Counted from the first letter of the stretch, positions 9,185 through 18,341 are shown. The stretch is DNA of 60,246 bases from an uncultured bacterium (GCA_964448115.1 CAYUVA010000026.1:1-60246); one strand, 5' to 3'. The notes: generated by a model from the letters alone, not told the origin. A program made the numbers and translations.

Positions 9185-11131
9185 GTGGTCGAAGAGAAAA
9201 ATAACAACCATAACACTCAACAAGAGGAGGTTGGAAAGAAGCAGCAGACACCCATGGACAAAAAATCGCTGATCGCCGAAAAGGCAAGAGAAGCAACCAG
9301 GCAGGTCTTCGATATCCCCGAAGAAGGGGAATCAATGGATGACTTCATGTCCCAGATCGAAAACCAAGGGCTGGATGATATCGGCGAAGGACAGATACTC
9401 ACCGGCACAGTGATACAAGTAACCGAGAACGAGGTGCTGGTCGATGTCGGCTTGAAGTCTGAAGGGGTCATCTCCATTAGAGAATTCCAACCTTTGCTGG
9501 ATACCGAGGGCATCAAGGTCGGAGACAAGGTAGATGTCCTTTTGGAGAGCACCGAGGATAAAGAGGGACTCATTCACCTCTCCAAGGAAAAAGCTGACAA
9601 GATCAAGCTCTGGGACAAGCTATCCGAGGTATTCAACAACTCAGAGATCGTTAGCGGCAGGGTATTGCAAAGAATAAAGGGCGGATTGACAGTTGATATA
9701 GGCGTTAGAGCATTCCTGCCCGGCTCCCAGATCGACCTGAGACCAGTCAAAAACCTCGATGACCTGGTGGGTAAGACCATCGATGTTAAGATAATCAAGC
9801 TCAACAAGTTCAGGGGCAACATTGTCGTCTCCAGAAGAGTGGTGCTAGAAGAGCAATATCACCAGATGCGAGAGGAGACGCTATCCAAACTGAAACCAGG
9901 AAACATCATAGAGGGTATTGTCAAGAATATAACGGAATATGGTGCCTTCATAGACCTGGGCGGCGTGGATGGTCTGTTGCATATTACCGACATGTCCTGG
10001 GGAAGGATCTCCAAGCCGTCTGACCTGTTCTATATCGGACAACAAGTCGATGTCATGGTGCTCAACTATGATCCTGAAAGGGAGAGGGTCTCCCTTGGTT
10101 ACAAGCAGAAAACCGAGGATCCCTGGCTCAAGGTCGAGGAAAAATATCCTATCGGCTCAATAGTAAAAGGAAAGGTCATTAGTGTTGCTGAATATGGCGC
10201 CTTCGTAGAGCTAGAAGAAGGAGTCGAAGGACTTATACATGTCTCGGAGATGTCATGGGTGAAAAGAGTCCGCGAGGCAAGCGCCATGGTAAACGAGGGC
10301 GACCTGGTCGAGGCGAGGGTCCTCGATATCGACCCGGAAAATAGAAGAATCTCCTTGAGCATGAAAAAAACCGAGCCTAATCCTTGGGACCTAATGGAAC
10401 AAAAATACCCGATCGGCACCAGAGTAAAAGGTAGGGTGAGGAATATAACCAACTTCGGCGTGTTCGTTGAGATAGAAGAGGGCATTGACGGGCTGATACA
10501 TATCTCGGATCTCTCTTATACCGAACGAGTCAGACACCCATCGGATATGCTAAAGGAAGATGAGGAAGTTGAGGCGGTTGTTCACGAGATTGATGCACAA
10601 AACCAGAGGATCTCCCTGAGCCTCAAACATGCAATGGGAGACCCTTGGGACGCTGTCGAGGCAAAGTATAAGGTCGGAATGGAGGTCAAAGGCAAGGTTA
10701 CAAGGCTGACCGACTTCGGAGTCTTCGTGGAGCTTGAAAAGGGAATCGAAGGATTAGTGCATATCTCTGAGCTGGATACAAAAAGAGTAAAAACTCCAAA
10801 AGATGTCCTTAATCCAGGAGATGAAAAGGTCTTCAGGATAATCAAGGTAGATCCGCTGGGAAAAAAGATCGGCTTGAGCCTCAAGGCGATGCTGGAAGAA
10901 CCTTCTGATCTGCCAAGAGCCGATGAAGACCTCGATGTGGTTAAGAAATACCTTGATGACAGCGATGAGGGGTTCGGCACCGGCATAGATCTGAGCGTCT
11001 ATACTGATGAGGATCCATCTAGCAGCGACGAACAAGACAAGGAAGATGTGCAGGACGCCGAAGATGAACGGAGCGATGAGCAGCGATCCCCTGAAGAGCA
11101 GGACAATAATATAGACGAGGAAGAGAAATAA
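9185..11131 (+). CDS. rpsA: 30S ribosomal protein S1
   Basis: Six S1 repeats (YGAFIDLGGVDGLLHITDM, EGLIHVSEM and others); GGAGG RBS with GTG start; long acidic tail. Confidence 0.97.
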   Translation: MVEEKNNNHNTQQEEVGKKQQTPMDKKSLIAEKAREATRQVFDIPEEGESMDDFMSQIENQGLDDIGEGQILTGTVIQVTENEVLVDVGLKSEGVISIREFQPLLDTEGIKVGDKVDVLLESTEDKEGLIHLSKEKADKIKLWDKLSEVFNNSEIVSGRVLQRIKGGLTVDIGVRAFLPGSQIDLRPVKNLDDLVGKTIDVKIIKLNKFRGNIVVSRRVVLEEQYHQMREETLSKLKPGNIIEGIVKNITEYGAFIDLGGVDGLLHITDMSWGRISKPSDLFYIGQQVDVMVLNYDPERERVSLGYKQKTEDPWLKVEEKYPIGSIVKGKVISVAEYGAFVELEEGVEGLIHVSEMSWVKRVREASAMVNEGDLVEARVLDIDPENRRISLSMKKTEPNPWDLMEQKYPIGTRVKGRVRNITNFGVFVEIEEGIDGLIHISDLSYTERVRHPSDMLKEDEEVEAVVHEIDAQNQRISLSLKHAMGDPWDAVEAKYKVGMEVKGKVTRLTDFGVFVELEKGIEGLVHISELDTKRVKTPKDVLNPGDEKVFRIIKVDPLGKKIGLSLKAMLEEPSDLPRADEDLDVVKKYLDDSDEGFGTGIDLSVYTDEDPSSSDEQDKEDVQDAEDERSDEQRSPEEQDNNIDEEEK

Positions 11132-11279
11132 GGCTTACCTTATATAAAGTTTATTGATGCCCTTCTTCTATCGATGACAAATACAGTGAGGTTTTGTATC
11201 TCGAGTTGTAGATCTTACTCTCTCGGATAGTGAATCTTACCTTTTCCAGGACTTCCCGGACACAACCAGGTCAAGCCAT

Positions 11280-11308
11280 TTGCCTTTTAAGGTGAATGGT
11301 GTTATAAA
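11280..11308 (+). promoter_or_regulatory. Putative sigma70 promoter upstream of the pilC leader
   Basis: TTGCCT-17 nt-TATAAA with extended -10 TG. Confidence 0.55.
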
Positions 11309-11314
11309 TAAGTA

Positions 11315-11417
11315 GCTTGGGGCGGCTGAAATATGTGTCTGTCCACCTTGAGTGCGAACATATAGGTTCATCCCTCAAGAGAAATGATGGTTACATAGAT
11401 CGCTAAGAAACCCAAGT
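11315..11417 (+). ncRNA. Candidate structured RNA or 5' leader (rod-like hairpin), family unknown
   Basis: Nested pairings GCTTGGG/CCCAAGT, TATGTG-CTGTC/GATGG-TACATA, CTTGAG/CTCAAG, GAAC/GTTC, beginning about 6 nt after the -10 box. Confidence 0.35.
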
Positions 11418-11449
11418 ATCATTAAAGCACAGATAGCGAGGTGTAAATC

Positions 11450-12661
11450 ATGCCTGAGTTCAAGTGGAAGGGTATTGACCCGCAGGGTGCAGAGCAGAGC
11501 GGGGTTGTCGAGGCTCCTAATGCCGAGGCGGTAAGAGCGCTGCTCAAAAGACAGAATATAGAGCCTGTGCAGGTCAAAAAGAAGGCGGGAGACATTGCTA
11601 TCCCGCTGATTGGAAATCGGGTCAAAGACCGCGATATAGTCGTTTTCACCCGCATGTTCTCCACCATGATCGATGCGGGCTTGCCGCTTGTTCAGTGCCT
11701 GGATATCCTGAGCCAACAGACGGAGAGTAAACCGCTGGCTAAGGCGATCAAGGACATCAAGCGCAATGTCGAGTCCGGGGCAACCTACGCGGACTCATTG
11801 CGCAAGCACCCGAAGATCTTCGATGAACTCTACTGCAACATGGTCGAAGCTGGGGAAACCGGCGGTATCCTGGATACCATCCTGAACCGACTGGCTGCCT
11901 ACATGGAAAAGGCGATCACCTTGAAGCGCCAGATAAAGACCGCAATGGTCTATCCTACCATGGTGGTTATCTTCGCTGGCATTATCGTTACCGTCTTGAT
12001 GACCTTCGTTCTACCGACCTTTGCCAAGGTCTTCACCGAATTGGGCACCACCCTACCATTGCCTACGCAGATAGTTATAAATATCAGTTTGTTCATGAAG
12101 AACTATTTCGTGTACATCTTTGCTGGAGTATTCGGCGTCATCTTTGCAGTAAGATCGTTCATTCGCACCGAACGAGGAAGATACTTATGGGACAAGATGA
12201 TGCTCAGCCTTCCAGTATTCGGTCCACTTCTTCGCAAGGTTGCGGTAGCCAAGTTCACTCGCACGCTATCGACTCTTCTCGGCTCCGGCGTTCCTATCCT
12301 GGATGGGCTGGAGATCACCGCTAAGACAGCAGGGAACAAGGTTATCGAGGAAGCGGTAATGACTACCAGGGTTAGCATCGCGGAGGGAAAAACGATCAAT
12401 GAGCCACTGGCTGAAACAGAAGTCTTCCCGCCGATGGTCGTGCAGATGATCGCAGTCGGTGAATCGACCGGTTCGTTGGACACCATGCTGGAGAAGATCG
12501 CCGACTTCTACGATGAAGAGGTCGATATCGCCGTATCCGGACTGACCGCCATGCTCGAACCTTTAATCATAGCCGTTCTGGGTGTGATTATCGGCGGGAT
12601 CGTTATTTCAATGTACCTGCCAATGTTTAAGCTGATCGGAGAGCTTTCAGGACAGCACTAG
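11450..12661 (+). CDS. pilC: Type IV pilus inner-membrane platform protein PilC (GspF family)
   Basis: FTRMFSTMIDAGLPLVQCL, MVEAGETGGILD, MIAVGESTGSLDTMLEKIADFY, MYLPMF. Confidence 0.93.
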   Translation: MPEFKWKGIDPQGAEQSGVVEAPNAEAVRALLKRQNIEPVQVKKKAGDIAIPLIGNRVKDRDIVVFTRMFSTMIDAGLPLVQCLDILSQQTESKPLAKAIKDIKRNVESGATYADSLRKHPKIFDELYCNMVEAGETGGILDTILNRLAAYMEKAITLKRQIKTAMVYPTMVVIFAGIIVTVLMTFVLPTFAKVFTELGTTLPLPTQIVINISLFMKNYFVYIFAGVFGVIFAVRSFIRTERGRYLWDKMMLSLPVFGPLLRKVAVAKFTRTLSTLLGSGVPILDGLEITAKTAGNKVIEEAVMTTRVSIAEGKTINEPLAETEVFPPMVVQMIAVGESTGSLDTMLEKIADFYDEEVDIAVSGLTAMLEPLIIAVLGVIIGGIVISMYLPMFKLIGELSGQH

Positions 12662-12765
12662 ACATTAAGATCGATCGGAGTTTAACACCATGGCCGTGTT
12701 AGTAGAGCCATATTATCCCAGTCTCACCGATGTTCGAAGAGCTTCATCGAGAAAGTATAACTATG

Positions 12766-13269
12766 CTATGAGCCAGGCAGGATGGAACAGTAGTTGTCAA
12801 TGAAGACATAGTGTCTTTGCTTTTCGGATGATAGCCAATTATAAAAGGAGATCTCCTGTTCCGATTTCGCACTGGAGGCAAGCTTATCATACAATCCCAT
12901 TGCTTTACTGCACAGCTCCAGCATCTTTTTCAGGGTATTATGTTCCAACTCGGATAGCTTGTAACCATGCTGCAAGGTCTCCTCGACATCCCCAAAGACA
13001 GGTTTGCTCGACTCTACCGCCTCGATGTTCCTTTGGCTTGGCCAGCTACCTGCCTCTATGATCCTGGCATGTATCTTCTGCAGGATGTCTATATGGCTCT
13101 CTATTTCAGTGATTATCGGCTTTATCACCGCCAGGCGAAATCTACTGGAGACCTGTTTTGACTGTTTCATTAGGTATTCAAGAAACTCGTGCTCCTGGTT
13201 TATTGCCTTGTTCAGGTCGGTTATTGCTTTCTCTGGTCTATCATTCATCGAAGGCTCCTTTGCATTCAT
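12766..13269 (-). CDS. Ferritin/rubrerythrin-like four-helix protein
   Basis: Duplicated helix pairs with E..H motifs (EIESH; EKQRH), AINQE and MELC. Confidence 0.55.
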   Translation of the reverse strand: MNAKEPSMNDRPEKAITDLNKAINQEHEFLEYLMKQSKQVSSRFRLAVIKPIITEIESHIDILQKIHARIIEAGSWPSQRNIEAVESSKPVFGDVEETLQHGYKLSELEHNTLKKMLELCSKAMGLYDKLASSAKSEQEISFYNWLSSEKQRHYVFIDNYCSILPGS

Positions 13270-13362
13270 AATTCCATGTTTACGATGTTATGATATATCG
13301 AGAATCGATATTGATCAAACATCCAAACCGGGATTGGATAGACAATTTCCTTGCGATTTTTT

Positions 13363-13391
13363 TTGATCTTTTCTATTGATTAAAGTAAAAT
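13363..13391 (+). promoter_or_regulatory. Putative sigma70 promoter
   Basis: TTGATC-17 nt-TAAAAT upstream of the LysM gene. Confidence 0.45.
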
Positions 13392-13460
13392 AGCTATCTT
13401 GAGAATAGAGACTAAAATGGATGGAATTATACGAGCTTTCGTAAAGAAGGGAGAATCGGA

Positions 13461-14780
13461 ATGAGATCCTCTACGATCATATTCATAATATCGGTGTGCC
13501 TCATGGCTGGGTTTTCTATTGCGCTTGTTCGTGTCTTGTATGCCCAGGATAGTGTTAGCTATGGCGGCGTAACCTACAAGCTACCGGCTGCAAAGGAAAA
13601 GATCCCGATACCAGAATCGATCCCCAAGAGCCATACGGTTGTCAAGGGAGATACCTTATGGGATCTGGCTGCTAGATACCTTGCTGATCCCTACCTCTGG
13701 CCGGTGATCTGGATGGAGAACATGCAAGAGGTGACTAATCCACATCTGATATATCCGGGACAGGTGCTCAAGATGCCTGAGCCAAAGATTATGCTCGGAG
13801 AAAAGGAGCCTAAGCCGATTGACCAAGCAGAGCGCGAGGTCTCCGAGGAAGCACCTAGCCTAGCATCATTACTAGGTGAACCTGAAGAACCTGCCCAGGA
13901 GACGCCACAACCAATGCCCGAAGAGCCATCACCGGTTGAAACACCAAAGAAAGAGGAAGTTAAGAAACCAAAGCCCTTACTTACCACAGTACAGGTACTC
14001 GAGGGTGGTTTCGTCTCCAACAAAGTACCACCTCATTTCAGGATTACAGACATGGATCTAGCAACCGTTGCCTGGCATGAGCATTTCCCTGTACCCCGCT
14101 CCCCAGAGGATAGAGGGTATGAATCCTCTGCGATCAATCCACAGGCAGGCACCATATACTTCAATGCACGCAGAACCCAGGTAAAAGTCGGCGATAGATT
14201 CCTAGTATATAATGTTGAAAATGAGGTGATCCATCCGCTAACAAAGGAGAGAGTGGGCAGGTATTTCTTCTACAAGGGTATCGCTGAAACGCTTTGTGTG
14301 CTAGAGAGAATAGCAATAGCATATATGATCGATTTTTCTAGCCCTGTTGAAAAGGGTGATATACTCATCCCCTACCAGGAATATGCCAGCCCCTTGACAC
14401 CCGATCCTTATGTCAAGGACTTTTGTCCATCCGAGGCTATCGGAAGAGGCATCCCGGGGGTAATAATAGGCTCAAAGAACCCTACGGGCGTGATCGATGC
14501 ACTCCCCACGGTCAGCAAGAACGAATTTATATATATAGACAAGGGATACAAGGAGGGAATATCTCCGGGAGATATCTTTGTGATAACCAATGAGGGACAC
14601 GCCAGGGAGGCAAAGGGGATACCATTTAGGGAGAACCTCCCCGGCGAGGAGACCCCACCTCGTGCCCTTGGAGAAGCGGTAGTTATTAGGTGCACGGAGA
14701 ATGTATCCACCGCATATATAACCAGGCTCGGCGGGGTCGCCTTCTCTGGATTCACCGGCTATTTTTATATAGTGAGATAG
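13461..14780 (+). CDS. Secreted LysM peptidoglycan-binding protein (TsaP-like architecture)
   Basis: Signal peptide; HTVVKGDTLWDLAARYLADPYLWPVIW..N..NPHLIYPGQVL; Pro/Glu linker; C-terminal YIDKGYKEGISPGD beta domain. Confidence 0.8.
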   Translation: MRSSTIIFIISVCLMAGFSIALVRVLYAQDSVSYGGVTYKLPAAKEKIPIPESIPKSHTVVKGDTLWDLAARYLADPYLWPVIWMENMQEVTNPHLIYPGQVLKMPEPKIMLGEKEPKPIDQAEREVSEEAPSLASLLGEPEEPAQETPQPMPEEPSPVETPKKEEVKKPKPLLTTVQVLEGGFVSNKVPPHFRITDMDLATVAWHEHFPVPRSPEDRGYESSAINPQAGTIYFNARRTQVKVGDRFLVYNVENEVIHPLTKERVGRYFFYKGIAETLCVLERIAIAYMIDFSSPVEKGDILIPYQEYASPLTPDPYVKDFCPSEAIGRGIPGVIIGSKNPTGVIDALPTVSKNEFIYIDKGYKEGISPGDIFVITNEGHAREAKGIPFRENLPGEETPPRALGEAVVIRCTENVSTAYITRLGGVAFSGFTGYFYIVR

Positions 14781-14795
14781 CTGGCAAGTATTTTA

Positions 14796-15017
14796 GTGGA
14801 AATGTACCCGTGGCTTAAGGAGCTTGGCATAGATCTTGATCTCCAGGCGCTGACCACATACCAGATATATTATCGATGCCTCACGGACTTTCTATGGCAG
14901 CGAAGCCCAAGAAAGATCGACTGCGGTAGCGAGAACCTGGCAAAGGTTTATCCGGGGATCGATTACCTGATCGCCTACTGGGCGGCGAGGTATTGTGGTA
15001 TAGTCCAGGCTCCCTAA
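14796..15017 (+). pseudogene. Short ORF resembling the C-terminal remnant of a larger protein
   Basis: 73 aa with protein-like motifs DFLWQRSP and PGIDYLIAYWAARY; no clear RBS. Confidence 0.4.
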
Positions 15018-15053
15018 GACGCAAAGAACGCAATAAGGAAAAAATATGTATAA

Positions 15054-15261
15054 CCGAGCCGTGAGCGTAAGCGAGCGCTCAATAATAGGCTTTAGGCTTT
15101 AGACTTTAGACTTTAGGAAAGAATGAAATAAAGAGGATCAGGCAAAGACGCAAAGACGGAAGATCCCAAATAGACCTCTTCAGAGGTCTTCATCCATCTT
15201 CCAGCCCAGACTTCAGTCTGGGCTGGCAAACACATACCACTCCCTACCAGTCGTGGCTCGG
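15054..15261. repeat. Cluster of REP-like inverted repeats and palindromes
   Basis: CCGAGCCGTGAGCGTAAGCGAGCG (15054-15077) against an inverted copy CCGAGCCACGACTGGTAGGGAGTGG (15237-15261). Internal palindromes AGACCTCT-TC-AGAGGTCT (15172-15189) and CCAGCCCAGACT-TC-AGTCTGGGCTGG (15201-15226). Confidence 0.65.
15086..15117 (+). repeat. Heptamer tandem repeat TAG(G/A)CTT, four copies plus a partial
   Basis: TAGGCTT TAGGCTT TAGACTT TAGACTT TAGG. Confidence 0.9.
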
Positions 15262-15324
15262 ATTGGACGCACACTTTCTTTGCCCTGACAAGTCGAGAGA
15301 ATATGTCGCTGCTCGATAAGTAGG

Positions 15325-15353
15325 TTGAAAGTCAGTTCTTTTAGCCTTATTAT
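15325..15353 (+). promoter_or_regulatory. Putative sigma70 promoter of lemA
   Basis: TTGAAA-17 nt-TATTAT followed by an AAGGAG RBS. Confidence 0.5.
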
Positions 15354-15383
15354 AGGTCTGAAATAAACTTAAAGGAGACTGCT

Positions 15384-15938
15384 ATGGCAGGTATCATCAT
15401 CCTAATAATCATAGTTTTGGTGGCTGCTTATCTGGTCGGCATCTTCAACAAGATCGTGCGCTTGAAGAACCGCATCCCTAACGCCTGGTCGCAGGTCGAG
15501 GTACAACTGAAGAAAAGGCTCGACTTGGTGCCAAACCTGGTCGAGGTGGTCAAGGGCTATGCGAGCCACGAGAAGGAGACCCTGACCAAGGTAACCGAGG
15601 CTCGCTCAGCAATACAGCGCGCCGGCGGAGATCCCAAGGCTCAGGGCGAGGCGCACAATATGCTCACCGGCGCACTAAAAACACTATTCGCCGTTGCTGA
15701 GGCTTATCCGGATCTTAAAGCCAATCAGAACTTCCTTGCCCTGCAAGAGGAGCTTTCGGCGATTGAGAACAAGATAGCCTACGCACGCCAGTTCTACAAT
15801 GATACCCTGTATCATTATAACAACAGCATCCAGACCTTTCCCGGCATAATTGTCGCTCGCCTCATGGGATACCAGGAAAACAGCGAATACTTTGACTTCG
15901 ATCTCTCCGAGGCAGCACCACCGAAGGTATCCTTCTAA
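15384..15938 (+). CDS. lemA: LemA family protein
   Basis: NAWSQVEVQLKKRLDLVPNLV, YASHE, AEAYPDLKANQNF, ENKIAYARQFYN. Confidence 0.95.
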   Translation: MAGIIILIIIVLVAAYLVGIFNKIVRLKNRIPNAWSQVEVQLKKRLDLVPNLVEVVKGYASHEKETLTKVTEARSAIQRAGGDPKAQGEAHNMLTGALKTLFAVAEAYPDLKANQNFLALQEELSAIENKIAYARQFYNDTLYHYNNSIQTFPGIIVARLMGYQENSEYFDFDLSEAAPPKVSF

Positions 15939-15982
15939 GGCAGCGTAGCCGCATTCAAATTACACACCCCGCTTCAAGAGTC

Positions 15983-16009
15983 CTTAGACTTTAGACTTTA
16001 GACTTTAGG
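15983..16009 (+). repeat. Heptamer tandem repeat TAGACTT, three copies plus a partial
   Basis: CT TAGACTT TAGACTT TAGACTT TAGG; same unit as 15086-15117. Confidence 0.9.
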
Positions 16010-16042
16010 AAGGAAGGGGATTATACATCTTTGTCATTACCT

Positions 16043-16131
16043 TGAAAGTAGGGGCGAACCCATGTGTTCGTCCTTCAATGGGCAGTGTTTGCCCGTCTTT
16101 GGGCAGACACACGGGTCTGCCCCTACTTTCA
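16043..16131. repeat. GTAG-type REP doublet (REPIN-like)
   Basis: TGAAAGTAGGGGCGAACCCATGTGTTCGTCC ... GGGCAGACACACGGGTCTGCCCCTACTTTCA: two inverted GTAG-footed imperfect hairpins. Confidence 0.8.
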
Positions 16132-16325
16132 TGCGCAGAGGTGAAGCTAAGCCTAATTATGATTCCCGTCCCCTTTCTTGTCTTTCCCGCGCAGGCGAGA
16201 ATCCAGGAGAGACACACGAGAAAATAGCTTCAAACTGGATCAATTCTTACCGGCTTTAGGAGGCAGAACTCCAAGTTCACTATCTACCCTCAAACATGTA
16301 TAATCCCTCATAAAACTGGGAATAT

Positions 16326-18341
16326 ATGTCTAATTCATGGGGGACAATTAAGGAGTTTACCGCTCATCATCACAGAGAGATAACCCTTGTTATATTTCTC
16401 CTATGCCTATGGTTTTTAACCTGGAATGTTTACAGCGACATCGACTTCGGGGATAGCGGAGAGCTAATCACTAGCTCGTATTTTCTTGGCATCGCACATC
16501 CGCCAGGATACCCTTTATATACCATAGCCGCCAGGTTTTTCAGCTTTATACCACTTGGAAACATTGCCTACCGCTGCAATCTGCTATCCGCATTTTCGAT
16601 CTGGCTAAGCTCCCTGTTTGGATATTTGCTGTTGCTGAGGCTGGCTGGAAGCGAGGGCTATTGGCATCGGATTATGACACTTTTGTTCCCATTAGGTGTA
16701 TGTTTGACTGGCGGGTTTTTGATGATTGCGCTTACCGCAGAGGTCTATGCCCTCAATATGCTTGTGATCTCACTTTGTATATATGCTGCTGCTGGATTTA
16801 TATTAATCAAGAGCAATCGTTGGTTGTATTTTTTATTTTTTCTTTTAGGGCTTGGCAGTGGGGTTCATCATACGCTCATTTTGCTGCTTCTAGGGTTTGC
16901 GCCCTTGTTACTCTTTCCTTACGCCTCCCCCCTTAAGCATCGATTCTATTTTCCCAAGCGATTATTGCTTGTATTGCTTGTGTTTTCGCTAGGAGCATCG
17001 GTCTATCTGTATCTTCCTGTAAGGGCATCCAGGGATCCAATGATCAATTGGGGCGATGCAAAGCGCTTAGACAGCTTCATCTATCACACTAGCAGGGCGC
17101 AATACGGGAAGCTCGACCTCTATCAAAGAAGCATTCCTCGAACCTACATCCAGTTGAGATCGATCCTGGAACAATTAACCAGCGACCTCTGTTGGTTTAT
17201 CGTATTTTTAGGCTTTATCGGACTCATTCCCACTGGAAGCAAGTGGCTGCGGTGGCTGCGCAGGAGTAAGCTAAACTCCTTGGATGATAATGTTAATTGG
17301 ATCCGAGCGCTAATTATGATTTTATTTTTACTATTATTTATTGGAATAATATTTTTAATCAATTTCAATCCAGAGGGTTATGACTTTTTTTTGGTAAGAT
17401 ATTTTCTTATTCCCTTACAGTATTTCCTATTGTTGGGTGTCTTTTTATTTCTTTTATCGATCGCTAGAATTATAGCTAAACTAAGCATACGAACCGATCT
17501 TCTCATTATGTTTTTAGCGGTGATGGCGGTGGTTGCCATAAGCATAATCGTTTCATCGATAAATGGTATAAAATCGACCTTTTATCCTCCCTGCGGTGAG
17601 TTTACGCCTAGCTATTACGGCAAGTACCTCATGCAAAGCATAAAGCAGGGGGATATACTCCTCGCTGCCGATGATATCGATCTATTTACCTTAGTCTATC
17701 TTCTGCTTGTGGAGGGATATGGCAAGAATATCAGGTTTTACGATATCTCCGGGATGATGTTATCCAATTTCACTACTCCGTATTATAAGGCGAGCTCTCG
17801 ATTCGACCTGCATCACAGCTTGCAAGAGCGGATCGATAAGCTGCTACATGCAAATGATGATTCCAAGATTTTTATCACTTGGCGTTTCCCGCCCAACCTG
17901 GCGACTGATGGGATCAATTTCAAGCTGGCAGGGAAGAGGGAAGGCGAATCGAGGGATAGCTTGCCGCCTCTGCCCCAGCCTTGTCCAGGCGGGTATGGCG
18001 AGCATTATCTTTATAACAATGCCCTCATGCGCCTTTATTTCAAGAGATTTCTGTACCATGACCGTCGCGGGGAAGTGGAGCTTGCTGAGGCTGCCTTGGC
18101 TTGTGCCGAAAAGGTCGGGAAGGATGATCCCGATTTTTACACTTTCATGGGCTATCGTCTTTTTGCACAGGGCAGACATGATCGCGCCATAGAATGCCTG
18201 CAACAGGCAATCAATGCTTACCCGGCAAGCCTGGAGGCTAATTGTCTCATCTACCAGGTGTATAAGGCGTTGAATCGAATCGATGATGCACTCAAGGCGA
18301 AGCGTCGCTGCTTGGAGTTACAGGATAAGCTTCAATGGTGA
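16326..18341 (+). CDS. DUF2723/TMEM260-like membrane glycosyltransferase (putative protein O-mannosyltransferase) with C-terminal TPRs
   Basis: GDSGEL...LGIAHPPGYPLY, AEVYALN, YLYLPVRA..P.INWG motifs; TPR-like C-terminus. Confidence 0.85.
   Translation: MSNSWGTIKEFTAHHHREITLVIFLLCLWFLTWNVYSDIDFGDSGELITSSYFLGIAHPPGYPLYTIAARFFSFIPLGNIAYRCNLLSAFSIWLSSLFGYLLLLRLAGSEGYWHRIMTLLFPLGVCLTGGFLMIALTAEVYALNMLVISLCIYAAAGFILIKSNRWLYFLFFLLGLGSGVHHTLILLLLGFAPLLLFPYASPLKHRFYFPKRLLLVLLVFSLGASVYLYLPVRASRDPMINWGDAKRLDSFIYHTSRAQYGKLDLYQRSIPRTYIQLRSILEQLTSDLCWFIVFLGFIGLIPTGSKWLRWLRRSKLNSLDDNVNWIRALIMILFLLLFIGIIFLINFNPEGYDFFLVRYFLIPLQYFLLLGVFLFLLSIARIIAKLSIRTDLLIMFLAVMAVVAISIIVSSINGIKSTFYPPCGEFTPSYYGKYLMQSIKQGDILLAADDIDLFTLVYLLLVEGYGKNIRFYDISGMMLSNFTTPYYKASSRFDLHHSLQERIDKLLHANDDSKIFITWRFPPNLATDGINFKLAGKREGESRDSLPPLPQPCPGGYGEHYLYNNALMRLYFKRFLYHDRRGEVELAEAALACAEKVGKDDPDFYTFMGYRLFAQGRHDRAIECLQQAINAYPASLEANCLIYQVYKALNRIDDALKAKRRCLELQDKLQW

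Noticed and set aside
11315-11417. Assignment of the hairpin as 6S or SRP RNA
   Set aside because: Too short for a typical 6S RNA and lacks the SRP GGAA-loop/AGCAG motif. Kept only as an unassigned candidate.
15018-16131. Possible CRISPR array among the repeats
   Set aside because: No constant 23-47 bp repeat with unique, regularly sized spacers, and no cas genes.
16005-16259. Small ORFs 16005-16217, 16042-16227 and 16062-16259
   Set aside because: They are translations of the REP doublet and its flanks, with no RBS or protein-like features.
17280-17460. AT-rich patch inside the DUF2723 gene
   Set aside because: Corresponds to Phe/Ile/Leu-rich transmembrane helices in an uninterrupted frame.
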